A stretch of 62,693 bases of DNA, the filler included, from Collodictyon triciliatum (lineage: Eukaryota): NCBI GenBank assembly GCA_043381765.1. It is 9 parts of 9 records of this genome, joined end to end, with 100 filler letters (N's around TTAATTAATTAA, not from the genome) between each part and the next. Parts side by side here need not be neighbours in the genome. Positions count along the whole stretch, not along the records: positions 44,311 to 51,815 come from JBHJMP010003865.1; positions 51,916 to 59,419 come from JBHJMP010003866.1; positions 59,520 to 62,693 come from JBHJMP010003904.1; 6 more parts are not named here. One strand, 5' to 3'. The position numbers were made by a program, and so were the translations under genes. Below, piece after piece: positions 49,801-62,693 of this stretch; within the stretch, counting starts at the first letter, position 1, and every line of letters begins with the position of its first letter. The notes under the pieces are model-generated. The model saw nothing but the letters and a program-made list of their open reading frames with translations, ran no database searches and had not been told where the DNA came from.

Positions 49801-51238
49801 TAATGGGGCTGAACATCATCGAGTCGATATTTCTTCCGTTTAATTCACCGTCAGATGACACGATTGATTCAACTCGATACACTTACCCAAACGATGTAAT
49901 TTTTTTTTTTATTATTGTTCCTTTCAATTTTGTGCAGGATGGTGAAGATGACCCAAAGGATGTAATTAATGCCTTCTGGCTCGTGACAATTCGCCCTTCT
50001 TTTTTTTTTTTTTTAATATACTACTTGATCACTTCTCAGTTTTAATTTTATTCTTCTTCTTCTTTTTTTTTTTTTAGATACTCTGGCAGATAGCATCTGT
50101 ATTATATCGTATATCTCTACACCCAGCAAATCTCCCAAAACACATCGAGATGGTTCATCGCTGTCTCATACGCATCGTGTACTTTTTCAAAACGAGAGGG
50201 ATTTTGTACCTTTTGCCGATGATTTTTCGCATACAAGTGAGTCTCAAACCATATATAAAAATATTGATTTATATCTCATTGTTGCTTAGTTTGCTGTCGT
50301 TCTTCTTTCTCTCCTGTTTGTACCTTGATTTTGTGTGTGGGTCACCTTAAAGTCATAGTGCAGTCGATTATTAAAAGAGTCTATCATTAGGGAGAAGCAA
50401 TTGGCAGTCGTAATTTATGTAATTCACATATAAACGCACTACACATCATGACGACACTAGTTCTCAAGACAATCTCAGTTTCACACTCACTGACTTCACT
50501 TGAAAGCTATACATCTAGTGTACTTATATACACAACCATATTTTATAAGTCTTTCATTCTAAATCTATGTTTTGCATTATGTGTATAATTCATTTTATTT
50601 ATTTTAACATGCTAATTTTTACTTTCACACGGAGAAAAAAGCGTGATTGTATGCTGTTGCCTATACTTTAACATTCAATAATATATCACATCATGTAGAT
50701 TATTAAATCATGGCCACTTCTGAATACTCTGTGTCCTCAGTACGACTTCAATGCATCATACATGAAAGCTCTTCCCCAAAAAACATTCAGGTAAGGTCTT
50801 ATCTGTGATAAGCGACAACATATCGCGATATTTTTTCTTCGTGGTAAATTATTACGATTACAATTTTTTTATTTCTTTTTGTGAAGACCTATAGATGATT
50901 GTGTCTTCTCATTCCTTAACGATCATAATTTGTATCATCGTCATAAATACACACCGTGTGATTATCGACCCATACAAATCTTAAATGAAAAAAAAATGTC
51001 GGATATTAATTGCGCTTGAGGCATTTACTTATATATATATTCTAATTCCCCGTTCCTTGCCAGTTTCCAAAGTGATTCACAGATTCAAATAAATGTTTTG
51101 GTTGAGCAAACAAAAGTGGTGAAAATTTTAGTGGAAGAAAAGGTGCAAATTCGAGAAAGATACCCAGATATTGCCAAGATATTAATGAAGTCATTCAACC
51201 CTGACACTTTCATCGACTACAAGGTCTCTGAGCAGTGA
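46837..51238 (+). CDS. EFR3: EFR3-like armadillo/HEAT-type scaffold protein, multi-exon; 3' end uncertain
   Basis: The N terminus MKMCF..KFHKLLRLCY..SNLTKLQAYVSVNHRRLPHIAEEI..SIVSIAILDHLLQNC resembles the EFR3 N-terminal pattern (KL..YA....KL..I...L, LD.LL..C). Helical exons follow. Confidence 0.6.
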
Positions 51239-52078
51239 GTGTTGGTTAATGACTCAATTAAACGCTATAAAATTTTATAACCTGTGTAAACGACTATGGA
51301 GCAAAGGTAGCCATACCACTCCGCCACCCTCTAAGACCATGGTTAAAGATAGAAAATATGCCACAATAACCATACTCTCAAGCTAACACAGCCATGACAT
51401 GTAACCAAAGGTAGCTGATCGGGTTTACCGCCATTGGTCCGATACCTCCTACGATTATGCTCGAGAGAAAACCACTGTGTCTCTCATTCCTTGGCTTCAA
51501 GAATATCTCCGTTACATGTCTTCATCATTTATAACCGCGACACGCCGCTTCTTGTGGACTTTCTTTTTACCGTTTCTCACCTACGCACCCACCCAATCAC
51601 TAAGACGGTCCATCTGTGATGGGTGCATAATCTGGAGTAAATGCCCTTCAAATAAATATAAATATAATAATATTGAAGTAAATACTACACGTTCATACAT
51701 CCACAAACGTCCGCCGCGTGGCTCTCGTCTGGATTGGCATCCATTCCCCCCCCCCCCCCCCCCAAAAGAAAAAAAAAAAAAGAAGAAACTTCCTTTTGCA
51801 TGTGGTAGCACATTTNNNNNNNNNNNNNNNNNNNNNNNNNNNNNNNNNNNNNNNNNNNNTTAATTAATTAANNNNNNNNNNNNNNNNNNNNNNNNNNNNN
51901 NNNNNNNNNNNNNNNATCTGTTGCAAGATAGAACGAAGATGAGCTGATACCAAAACAAACAAACAAACAAACAAACAAACAAACAAACAAACAAACAAAC
52001 AAACAAACAAACAAAAAAATTCAAATTTTCCGCACCATCTAAAATACGAGTATTATTATTAGCAGCCGAAGATTATAC

Positions 52079-52713
<635 letters not shown>

Positions 52714-53722
52714 TCCGCCAGGATANNNNNNNNNNNNNNNNNNNNNNNNNNNNNNNNNNNNNNNNNNNNNNNNNNNNNNNNNNNNNNNNNNNNNNNNNNN
52801 NNNNNNNNNNNNNNNNNNNNNNNNNNNNNNNNNNNNNNNNNNNNNNNNNNNNNNNNNNNNNNNNNNNNNNNNNNNNNNNNNNNNNNNNNNNNNNNNNNNN
52901 NNNNNNNNNNNNNNNNNNNNNNNNNNNNNNNNNNNNNNNNNNNNNNNNNNNNNNNNNNNNNNNNNNNNNNNNNNNNNNNNNNNNNNNNNNNNNNNNNNNN
53001 NNNNNNNNNNNNNNNNNNNNNNNNNNNNNNNNNNNNNNNNNNNNNNNNNNNNNNNNNNNNNNNNNNNNNNNNNNNNNNNNNNNNNNNNNNNNNNNNNNNN
53101 NNNNNNNNNNNNNNNNNNNNNNNNNNNNNNNNNNNNNNNNNNNNNNNNNNNNNNNNNNNNNNNNNNNNNNNNNNNNNNNNNNNNNNNNNNNNNNNNNNNN
53201 NNNNNNNNNNNNNNNNNNNNNNNNNNNNNNNNNNNNNNNNNNNNNNNNNNNNNNNNNNNNNNNNNNNNNNNNNNNNNNNNNNNNNNNNNNNNNNNNNNNN
53301 NNNNNNNNNNNNNNNNNNNNNNNNNNNNNNNNNNNNNNNNNNNNNNNNNNNNNNNNNNNNNNNNNNNNNNNNNNNNNNNNNNNNNNNNNNNNNNNNNNNN
53401 NNNNNNNNNNNNNNNNNNNNNNNNNNNNNNNNNNNNNNNNNNNNNNNNNNNNNNNNNNNNNNNNNNNNNNNNNNNNNNNNNNNNNNNNNNNNNNNNNNNN
53501 NNNNNNNNNNNNNNNAAAAAAAACACCAATATGAACATATTTTTCTTGCTCATACCCTTCATGATGAGCTGCCTTAAGAAAGGATATCATTCAAGTGATA
53601 TGAGTTGAAGCTGTTGGGTATCAATATTGATTAATCTCTCCAAAAATTATGTGTTGATATTTTCTTATTTCTTTGGTTCATGAGGTTTTATTTTCGATAA
53701 TTTCTGACTTATTCGCATTTAG

Positions 53723-56700
53723 AAAATTTTGAAGCCTCGAGTTACGTTACTGCTGTTTGTTTTCATGAGGCCTGCAGACAAGTACCCTTAACCTATTCTA
53801 TTTTCATCTTTTCATTTACTTTTTTATTTTCTTTTTACTTAAAAATGCATTTTCTTCAACTAACAAGATTCTACCATAATTTTTCGATATAAAAATTGTG
53901 ATATAGGTATCTGTAACTCACCCAGAAAGGTCTCAACTATTTGTAAAGCTGTGGAAGGAACAAACAGATATATTTCAGTACAAGATTAATGAGCTCAACA
54001 GAGAGCTGGAAGACTTAAAGTCTCAAGTGCAAAAACTCAGGAGAAGTTAGCACTTCAACATGTCTATATTTTTCAGCCACAAACTCATTTCCAGGGGTGA
54101 TTTATTTGGTATTCTGTTTGTTGTTTTAATAATCGCTTTCCCTTTAAAAATAATACATTAGCACAATTTCTTCAACGCGAAGAACAGACAGACGAGAAGG
54201 TTAAGCAAGAAGTATTTTCAGAGACCCTGATGATGGCCAATCGACAGTAATGTGTTTTTTTTCCATCGCCAAAATAATATAGCCAATTTAAGAAATAAAT
54301 AAAAACACTGGCAAAACAAAAATTTCAGAAACAAGCGACTATGTTATTTGATTTTAAAATATTTATTGTATGGATACAATCAATGTTATTAAGATTGCAC
54401 GATGATGTCGCTTTTCTCCGAAATCAAATGGGTGCCGCATCTATCGCCCAACACCAAGCTCATACGTATGAAATAGACCGGGCTCGCCTTGGAGCAGTCC
54501 TTGGGGGTATGAAAGATGTGCTGGATATCATGGGTAAGTATTGGTTGCGAATCGAGCAAAATACATAGCCCTTTATCAGCATGTGACTGTCGAAATTGAA
54601 ATATTTTACAATGGCAGACACATTTCTCTATCAACTAAAAAAGTTTGTCAGAGCATTATGCAACTGTTGTTGAAGGAGGCTTCAAACTATCTGCTGGAGA
54701 TGTTAGGCGAGATGGCAGTGGACGTGTTGATTCTGTTTCAGAGGCACACTTGATGAAATGGAGAAAATCAGCCGAATTTTTATTTGATTCTTGTCGCATA
54801 AAAAACAAACAACTAACAGAAGCAAGAAATGAACTTGAAAAGGTGGAAAAGCTTCTTATAGAGCGCAGTAGGTTCGTAAACTATTCGAGAATAGCTGTAA
54901 ATTATACTATTTACTGATGAGATTTTCTGTTAATTTGCTCAAGAAGGAGCAGCGACTTCTCTTCATTCATAACCGTCAAATTTAATATAGAGAGGTGAAG
55001 AAATATCAGATGGAAGAAAAAGATGTGATTATTGTTTCTCTCGTTAATCGCTCTGCACAAACCGATACTATGGAAGAATTCCAACCCTCTGTATGAACTA
55101 CACTACTTGTTGAATTGAAGTGATGTGCATCATGAAACCGTAATGAAATGTTTCGACCAAAAAAAAAGCTTCCAATATAACGCATCATACCCTCAAACAT
55201 ATGATAGCTGATGCCCGATACAAGACTGAGCGCTCCTACATCGCTTAAGAGAATATGGGAAGAATTGATGTCTGGAAAAGTAAAGAAAGGTTATTTCCTT
55301 CTCCTCTTAACTTTTTTTTTCTTTCTCTCTCGCTCTCGCTCTCCCGCTCTTTTCATTTTACTTTCTATGCAAAACCTAAAATAATCCTTCAATTTCGTCT
55401 TTGCAATTGCAGTCCACACATTTTGGATTTTTCAGTAATACTATAATACAATTTTTACACTAAAATGTAGACGAGAAGTTTGGTCATTCGTTTATTTCTA
55501 GCTTATTTTCCTAATCGCTCTGACCTCGAATTCTCTACTTTTTTTCCCCCATATAGCTACTGGGCGATTTGTGACTGCTCCGTCCCTGATACAGTTTATT
55601 GAATCCATGTATGCGGAAAAGAAAGCGGCTGATATCAAGGATGATGGCGAGGGTATCCCAAGGAAATCATTTCCAGAGTTTATATACAATCACTTCATGA
55701 AAAAATATGGCATGAGAACTATTGCAGAACAGGTAATTTTTTTTTTTTTTGATGAATACTCGCCCAAAATAGAAAACGGGGATATTCATGAGAATAGCGT
55801 AAGAGGTTTTCCCCTTATAGTGTAGTACAAATCTGACTTTGATTTTCTCATCACAAATTCCCACAAAGCACGTCATCGATCTATTTGATAATGTTAAGAG
55901 GCTCCTCCCAGAGTTTCTCCGCATCCAAATGTTTGCCAAGTTTGTGGGAAATATGTCGGATGTCACGGAGTATCCGCTGGCTGTGCTTGACTTTTACCTG
56001 TTCGTATTTAAGAAATTATTTTCAACTATAATACAATGTTATATGAAAACTCTGTGTTAATTACGTTCGATAACCTTCTCAAAACGATTAATTTTTTTAT
56101 TTAAACCAACAAAGCGATCTAACATCCCTGTTGAAGGAAAGTAAAGTGGATAAATGGTACGCAGAGGATGATGACGGAAATATTCCAGTCTCTGCCTTGC
56201 GGGCTGCTTTGATTGCCAAATTGGTGCGGAGCTTTTCCATCATTCCTCTCGAAAAATAAAATCACACAAATAATCATTCTTTGCACCTCAAAAAAAAAAA
56301 AAACGAAACAATTTTAACTTCGAACTCCTTCATACAAGATACTCCAAAACTCTCCTCCTGGTCTGGTTGACCGGTATCTTACAAAGCTGCGAGAAATATG
56401 TTACACAAAAGGCCAAGTACTATCAAAAGCACGGTATTCCCTAGATAGGATAGTATCGATTGATGATATAAACATTCAACAATTTTATGCTTGTCAGATT
56501 TCCTTTTTCTTTCATCCTTTCTCATTTCAGCCACCAACCAAAATATGATCGGTATCATCGCAGGGAAGAGGACAAACAACCCAAGATAGCAAGCAAATCC
56601 CATGTCCAGATTGAATCCCGTGTATCGCGCCAAACTCCGCCAAAAACACTGCAATCACGCTCTTCTCTTGCGACGGCATCATCCCTTGCAAAGACAAACA

Positions 56701-57893
56701 TACGCGAGCCACCTCAAAAGCAACAAACTTCAAGGCCCGATTCCACAAACCCCTTTACTATCCAAGCGTTGGATGATGCCGTCTTGAAGTCTCAATACAC
56801 GGGGTTATTTGTGGATTATGATGAGTTTCTAGATTTGACCGTGAAGCATTGGCTGAAAGAACAGGACTTGAACACAGAGTATCTTGAGGGACTATTCAAA
56901 GCGGCAGATATCAACGGAGACCAAACTCTGTCCTATGACGAATTCACCAGTTTGATGAAGTTTGCGGACCCATCTCTTAGTGAACGGCAGGTGAGGGATT
57001 GAAAATGATTCCCTGCTTTCCCCCAAAGAATGTTTTCATCTCGGCTGAATATCCATTCTAAAAGCAGGACCAATTCGCCCGGCTTCTGAGTTTTACGTGA
57101 TACCGACATTGCTTATGATAAATGCAATAGGTGGAGAGGATGTTTGAGGAGGCAGTCAGAGCAGGCAATGAAGAAAAACTCAACTTGAACACCTTTCTTA
57201 ATGTCGCCAGGAAGTACCAGCTCTATTCAACCTCACGGAATTCCTCAAAAGCAAGAGCAGAGTTGACGAAAACGCCAGCCCAGGTGAGATTCCGTTGCCC
57301 TCTCTTTCTTCTGATTTTCTTCTTTCTTCTTCCTTTGATATTATCGTTCTTTGTTTCGCTTTGATGTGCTGTTGTCAGCGTGGGAAAACAAACATGGGGC
57401 TATTGCCGACAAGAAACATATCCTGCTTCCTAATGAGCAAGGAGTCACATTCGATTCACGCAACAAGGTGGTCGAAGCTTTTCGCAAACTGGAGGACCAC
57501 TGGAATCGAAGTCAGCAAAGATTCGAAAGCGACCTGCGTTCTGTGCGCGAACTGTGCCGGACACCAGCAAAAGCACAACTGTACCATCATCTCTTGGAGC
57601 GCTCAAAGATATTCGAGAAGGTATTCGCACAGGAAAGTTGATGCAGAGGAATAATAATGCAAGCCTCCAACTCACATATTGATATATCAGCTTTTCGTTC
57701 GGCTGTACTCGGACCAAGGCCAGTGGTTCGGGGCTTTCGATTTTCTTTTTCTTGTACTTTCGACTAACCTTTTTTTCCTTTGAATGTGCGTGTGCACATG
57801 TAGATGCTGAGAGAGAGGAAAGATTACCCCGCCACACTACTGATGCATCGCATGCTGATGACTGATTTGATTGAACATAAGAGGAACAAGTGA
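53723..57893 (+). CDS. Coiled-coil and EF-hand protein, putatively axonemal (dynein light chain p28-like motif and TSNAXIP1-like region); 5' end uncertain
   Basis: CFHEACRQVSVTHPERSQLFVKLW (compare p28 FDELIRQVTINCAERGLLL), coiled coils, FPEFIYNHFMKKYG, and the EF-hand FKAADINGDQTLSYDEF. TGA at 57891-57893. Confidence 0.65.
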
Positions 57894-58133
57894 AACAATG
57901 AGCCAAACCATCTCGGCGCTAGAATTTCGCACCCTAACCCTGTGTATGAATGTGACAACTTATTGAACTTTTTTCTTTTAAAGCTCTTGAGTCAATCAAT
58001 AATCTTGATATTCCCGGAAACTATCTGTGGAGGACGTGCAATTAAACATCATGGAAAGCGTTGAATAGCTGCTGCCTCTTTGTTCCCTTGTCTCTCTTTC
58101 ATTCAGTAGCTTTGTCTTGGTTGGGGTGTGACT

Positions 58134-59287
58134 TTAATTATCATATACGGAAATGTTGTACGAGCGTTTCACGATGGAATGGCGTGGGTCTTCTTGGCTG
58201 TATGTGCCTGGTCCAGGAACATTCATCTTGACTTGGTCGCGGAATCTCGGAGACTGTCGAAGGCGAAGCAGAATTAGGAAAGAATGAACGCGAGATTAGA
58301 TCAGATTAGATCAGATGGGCTGTTGTGATGCTCTAAGGTTCAATATCCAGATAGTAAGATACAGTCCACGAAGGATATCAAAGGGGTTTTTGTGCAGAGT
58401 GCTTACAGTTGACTTCATGATTTTGTCCGAACCAAGGTGCTGGCGCTCGGGAACTACTGGGTTATATTCGCCTGGACCAGGAACACTTACGCGTGTATCA
58501 CGGTCCCTGAATCGGTTCGTGGAAGACTGGAATGGAGGATGGCCGCTGTGGGACAGGAACGAACGCTGTTTTTCGGTTTTTGTTTTCAATGAGTTATGGC
58601 TTACGGACAAATAGATACCGGAGCAGATTGACGCTTCGGGTGATAAAGACAGGGAGTGTATCAAACATGTTCTTGTATCTTACGTGAGCCCATTCTTGTT
58701 GAATTTCGTATGCACCTGGAGCAGGGATTTCTATACAAAGAGCATCATTAGTATAATTGATAAATGCAGCATTATTACTTTCCTTCGGTATGGGTAGCGA
58801 ATGCGGCATTTATCAGACCAGGAAAAGCAGAGAAACACAATTTGTTACCTTCTTTCCCCTGAGAAAAAGATACTCGGTTGGTGGATGACTTGAAGACAGA
58901 GGATTGTTTTGGTTTTCTCGATGGCTTCTTTTCAATTTCGTACGCACCAGGACCGACAGTCTCTGGTGTGGTATCCTACAAGTTATACAAGAGAAAAAAA
59001 ATGGAAACGTTTTATGAACAAACACAGGGATTAAATATTAACATAAAGTTTTTTCTTGAATCGAAGCTCCGAGATTTTCCCTCCTCAGTTTCAAAAAACT
59101 TAGTCATTTCATGAGTGCAACACTTGTATATGGACATAAACGCCTTGCATGACCTTACATGTCATTATCATTTTAGAATATATGGAATACATACTGCTAC
59201 GATTGGGTCCTGGACAAAACGTTCTTCTACTACGCCAAAGCCCCCCTTAACGTGTGGATTCCTTCTGACTTTACCTATCATGTTTAT
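58134..59287 (-). CDS. SHIPPO-repeat (STPG/ODF3-like) ciliary protein, 3' exons
   Basis: VGPGAYE, PAPGAYE, FQSSTNRF..VPGPGEYNP, PRF..VPGPGTY and KRSYNISVYDN followed by a stop. Confidence 0.85.
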
Positions 59288-59519
59288 CTGTTGCAAGATA
59301 GAACGAAGATGAGCTGATACCAAAACAAACAAACAAACAAACAAACAAACAAACAAACAAACAAACAAACAAACAAACAAACAAACAAACAAACAAACAA
59401 ACAAACAAACAAACAAACANNNNNNNNNNNNNNNNNNNNNNNNNNNNNNNNNNNNNNNNNNNNTTAATTAATTAANNNNNNNNNNNNNNNNNNNNNNNNN
59501 NNNNNNNNNNNNNNNNNNN

Positions 59520-60752
59520 TCTTCTTCTTCTTCTTCTTCTTCTTCTTCTTCTTCTTCTTCTTCTTCTTCTTCTTCTTCTTCTTCTTCTTCTTCTTCTTCT
59601 TCTTCTTCTTCTTCTTCAGGTATGAGCCCCGAAGAGATAGCACTATTCTTATTTGTAACAAACCCAAATAAGATGAAAGCCAGAGGTCAATACCAATATT
59701 TTTTCAAATAGTTTACCTTTGCTCATTTCAGCCCATATGCTCACACTGGGATGTTTTATTCTTATGTGTTCATTTATATGTTATTTTTATTTAATTCTCC
59801 ATAGTGCAACTTATCTATCATGTCTATTTTTTTTTTAAAAAAAAACAAACCACACAGACCAAACAATCATGGATGACTCTGATACATCGAAAAGTATGTC
59901 AGCGAAAAAATTGGGGGTTCCTGTCCCAGAAAAAATTATGGAATACATAACCGAAGAAAGCAGAGAGATAATGTCTGCAATGGGATTCGTTTCTTTCTCG
60001 AGCAAAAGGGTACTAATTGAATGATTTCTCTTATAGATTCATTTCAATTTACTTTATTTAGCACACTGTGATATGCTCCTCTCGCCATATAGGAACATCA
60101 CATTAACTTCCTTCGAGATAGAAAAGCTAGAAACCAATTCCAAAGTAGTTTTATATATTTTTAATCACAATATCGAGATTTGGAAAAGATTCTTTGCAAC
60201 CTTCATGATTTTTTAATGCCCAATTTGTCTATAGAATGTATTCAAAAACAAGCAAACTCAATTTCGTTACATGAATTTGAGAAAAAAAAAGGTCCTTTTA
60301 TCTTCTCTTTACGATGAAAAATCTTTTTTTTTTATACTTTTGTGCAAATCCCTCTTATTTTTTATTTCAAGTATAACTATTTATAATTTAAATGCTGCAT
60401 CGTAGCTCGTTTCGAAAGTAGACTGAAGAAAGCTAAATTTCAAAGAGACGTCAAGACTATAATTCTTATAGAGTCCACTCAGTGTATGTTTGCTGTTATC
60501 GTCTCAATTATTTTCATTTGATCCAAATTGTCTATTGCTTTAGAATCTTGTTCATGTTTCTTTTTTTTTTTTTATCGTTTGTATCTTGTAAGGCATAATT
60601 CTCCATTTTGTCGCTTACTGCATTTATTCCTTGATCCATTTGAAATTAAATTCGGAGCATAATAAATAGACAGAGAAAACGATGAAAAATCAAGAAAAAG
60701 GGCTCAAGTCATGCCACACGGGCCACGAAAGAAAAAAAGACGCAAATTATGA
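59520..60752 (+). CDS. Hypothetical basic nuclear protein (5' truncated)
   Basis: Six phase-compatible exons give (S)n / DQTIMDDSD..EIMSAMGFVSFSSKR / EHHINFLR.. / KCIQKQ.. / ARFESRLKK.. / YRENDEK..PRKKKRRKL then a stop. The C terminus looks like a nuclear localisation signal. Confidence 0.6.
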
Positions 60753-61250
60753 AAATTGAAGTAGATGCAAAGCGAGCATATTATTTTATTATGTTCTCAT
60801 TTACTATGTAAATTGATTTAGCAGTACAAACAAAAAATCGACTTTTTTTTTTTTAAAAAAAAGAATGAGTTTGTATGACATCATCACTTGCAAATGAAAT
60901 GAAATATAGAAAAAGAGATAATAATGAAGAAGACTATTTCTCTCGTTTTCGGATCCAACATTTTTAGGGACAAATAAATAGACATAAATGTTTTTAAAAA
61001 AGTCTTTCTATTGAATGAGCATGATCAAATGCACTGAGATTCTCACTTACAGGTTTGCTTACATCAAATATTATTCAACAAACCATCATATATATTATAA
61101 TACTTTATCGTTTTCTCTCTCATTCCCATTTTAGGTATTTTATTCGTTCAAAAGAAATATAGAGGATCGGTAAAAAAAAAAAACCACGATTATGAGAAAA
61201 CAATCAGCTTTGCAGTGTGTTGTTTTCATAAATCTGGGACACGAACCTAC

Positions 61251-62504
61251 TTAATTAATTGGATTTCCAAACTGGTCATAGTCTCCCCAGTCATCTTCAT
61301 CATCTTGGATGTCTCCGACCTTGTTGGTTTCCTTGGCACCATCCGCACGCACTTCATCTTCATTCTCATTCACAACGGGTCGATCATTTGTTTCATTTCC
61401 CTGCATAATCTTTTCACTTTCAGCTGATGTATCATCATCTCTATTCGGTTTCGGTTTCGGTTTCGGTTCATCTTTTCTAGAGTCACCCGCTTCGTCTGCA
61501 TTCTTTAAATTGTTTCCATTGACGAATGGCCTAAAATTCTTTGGTGACTCGATTATTTCATTATTTGGAATTCCTCCGTGTCGTGGATTCTCAACATACT
61601 GCTTGGAGATAGTCTCTTCATTTCTTTGGTTGAAGGCTTCATTATCTTTTTCCATGACCTGGTCCTCAGATACCGGGTTCTGTTGTTTTTCATCGCCATT
61701 CTTGCCTTCAAAGAGTTGGTGGATCTTTGCAAGCTTATCTCCTTTCTTTGAGCGATATTTCATGCGACGGGTCTTCTTTGCATACTTTTTCGGGTGGCGT
61801 GGATTTCCTTTTGTGATTTCTTCATTAATATATGTGGGTTCCTGATTCTGAATCGCCTGGCCATCATCATCATCATCTCCAAATCCGATAGGAGTCTCTT
61901 CATCATCCTTTTTATCTCCGTAGTATCCATCATCTCTCCTCATGTAATAGTCTTCGCCATCGTTCCCAAAAAGATCTATATAGCTTTTCCTTTTCTTTTC
62001 TTTCTTCCTTCTCCGCTCTGCAATGCTATCCTCTTTTTTCCTATCAACATCCTGGCTCTGGATAATCAGAAGCCCTTTTATATCTCTTTGGAAATTCCCC
62101 AGCCCGAATCGTGATATGTCCCTTCTTCCACCGATATCTACGTATATAAAATAATATAGCTTACTCAGCTTGCGAAAGGCAGATCCGTGTGGGAAGAGGG
62201 AGAAAGAAAATAGGGCAATAGCGAGCCAAAACTTGTGATATCTCCATGGCATCCTTGTTTTATGCTGCAATACACGGCTTTCAATACTATTGCAAGTAAA
62301 GATGAGCAGCTTACCAACTGAGGATGTATGAAGAGAATACAAGAAGCCGACAAGCAATGACAGCGACAGCAGGAAAACCACGAGGATCTGTCCTCTGCAC
62401 AATGACAGTTGCAGCCGGATGTATCTTGTGGTTTGTGATCGCAGCGTCGAGTGCGACGCAGGATGATCTTTGAGGTCGTGATCGTGGCGATATGTGGGGA
62501 GCAT
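61251..62504 (-). CDS. Hypothetical membrane-anchored protein with a long K/D/E/N-rich region
   Basis: Open frame of 417 codons from the ATG at 62504, with hydrophobic segments ILVVFLLSLSLLVGFLY and FWLAIALFSFSLF. An internal intron is possible (GTAAG near 62313). Confidence 0.6.
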   Translation of the reverse strand: MLPTYRHDHDLKDHPASHSTLRSQTTRYIRLQLSLCRGQILVVFLLSLSLLVGFLYSLHTSSVGKLLIFTCNSIESRVLQHKTRMPWRYHKFWLAIALFSFSLFPHGSAFRKLSKLYYFIYVDIGGRRDISRFGLGNFQRDIKGLLIIQSQDVDRKKEDSIAERRRKKEKKRKSYIDLFGNDGEDYYMRRDDGYYGDKKDDEETPIGFGDDDDDGQAIQNQEPTYINEEITKGNPRHPKKYAKKTRRMKYRSKKGDKLAKIHQLFEGKNGDEKQQNPVSEDQVMEKDNEAFNQRNEETISKQYVENPRHGGIPNNEIIESPKNFRPFVNGNNLKNADEAGDSRKDEPKPKPKPNRDDDTSAESEKIMQGNETNDRPVVNENEDEVRADGAKETNKVGDIQDDEDDWGDYDQFGNPIN

Positions 62505-62693
62505 ATTCTCAGGTTGCGCGGGCTTCGGGGGCGATGGCTCTGTCTGCTCCTCACATAAAGCGGGCGGACCAGGTGGTTGAGTGTTTGTGTGGCTGAAGGA
62601 CCAAAACCAGCAAACAAAACAAAAAACAAAAAACAAAAAACAAAAAACAAAAAACAAAAAACAAAAAACAAAAAACAAAAAACAAAAAACAAA

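Overview
AT-rich, intron-dense, microsatellite-rich eukaryotic DNA, probably from a ciliated or flagellated protist (it carries SHIPPO-repeat and axonemal-type genes); I cannot assign the taxon. The window is not contiguous. It is nine unrelated scaffolds, most about 7.5 kb and apparently size-sorted, joined by artificial 44N-TTAATTAATTAA-44N linkers, so adjacency across a linker means nothing. Recognisable genes, reconstructed by hand with the standard code and almost entirely GT-AG introns: TRM1, a myosin head (partial), ATG18/WIPI3-4, RNF121-like, a 22-exon LRR-only protein, an NCS-1/frequenin-like EF-hand protein, an FkbM-family methyltransferase, SEC63, an intronless UPF1/Sen1-like SF1 helicase, HMG-CoA reductase, EFR3-like, an EF-hand/coiled-coil putative axonemal protein, a SHIPPO-repeat protein and several hypotheticals. 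There is also a degenerate L1/Tx1-type LINE. Best second-look signals: (1) the 3' end of the LINE recurs as a ~190-bp copy and as five 16-26-bp micro-insertions in introns, and the long copy and one micro-copy have clear target-site duplications; (2) the LRR gene has one repeat per phase-0 exon; (3) an intronless, very GC-rich orphan ORF with a degenerate alpha/beta-hydrolase-like pattern; (4) a scaffold whose ends overlap so that a gene wraps around it. None of these is proven to be a new biological system from sequence alone.
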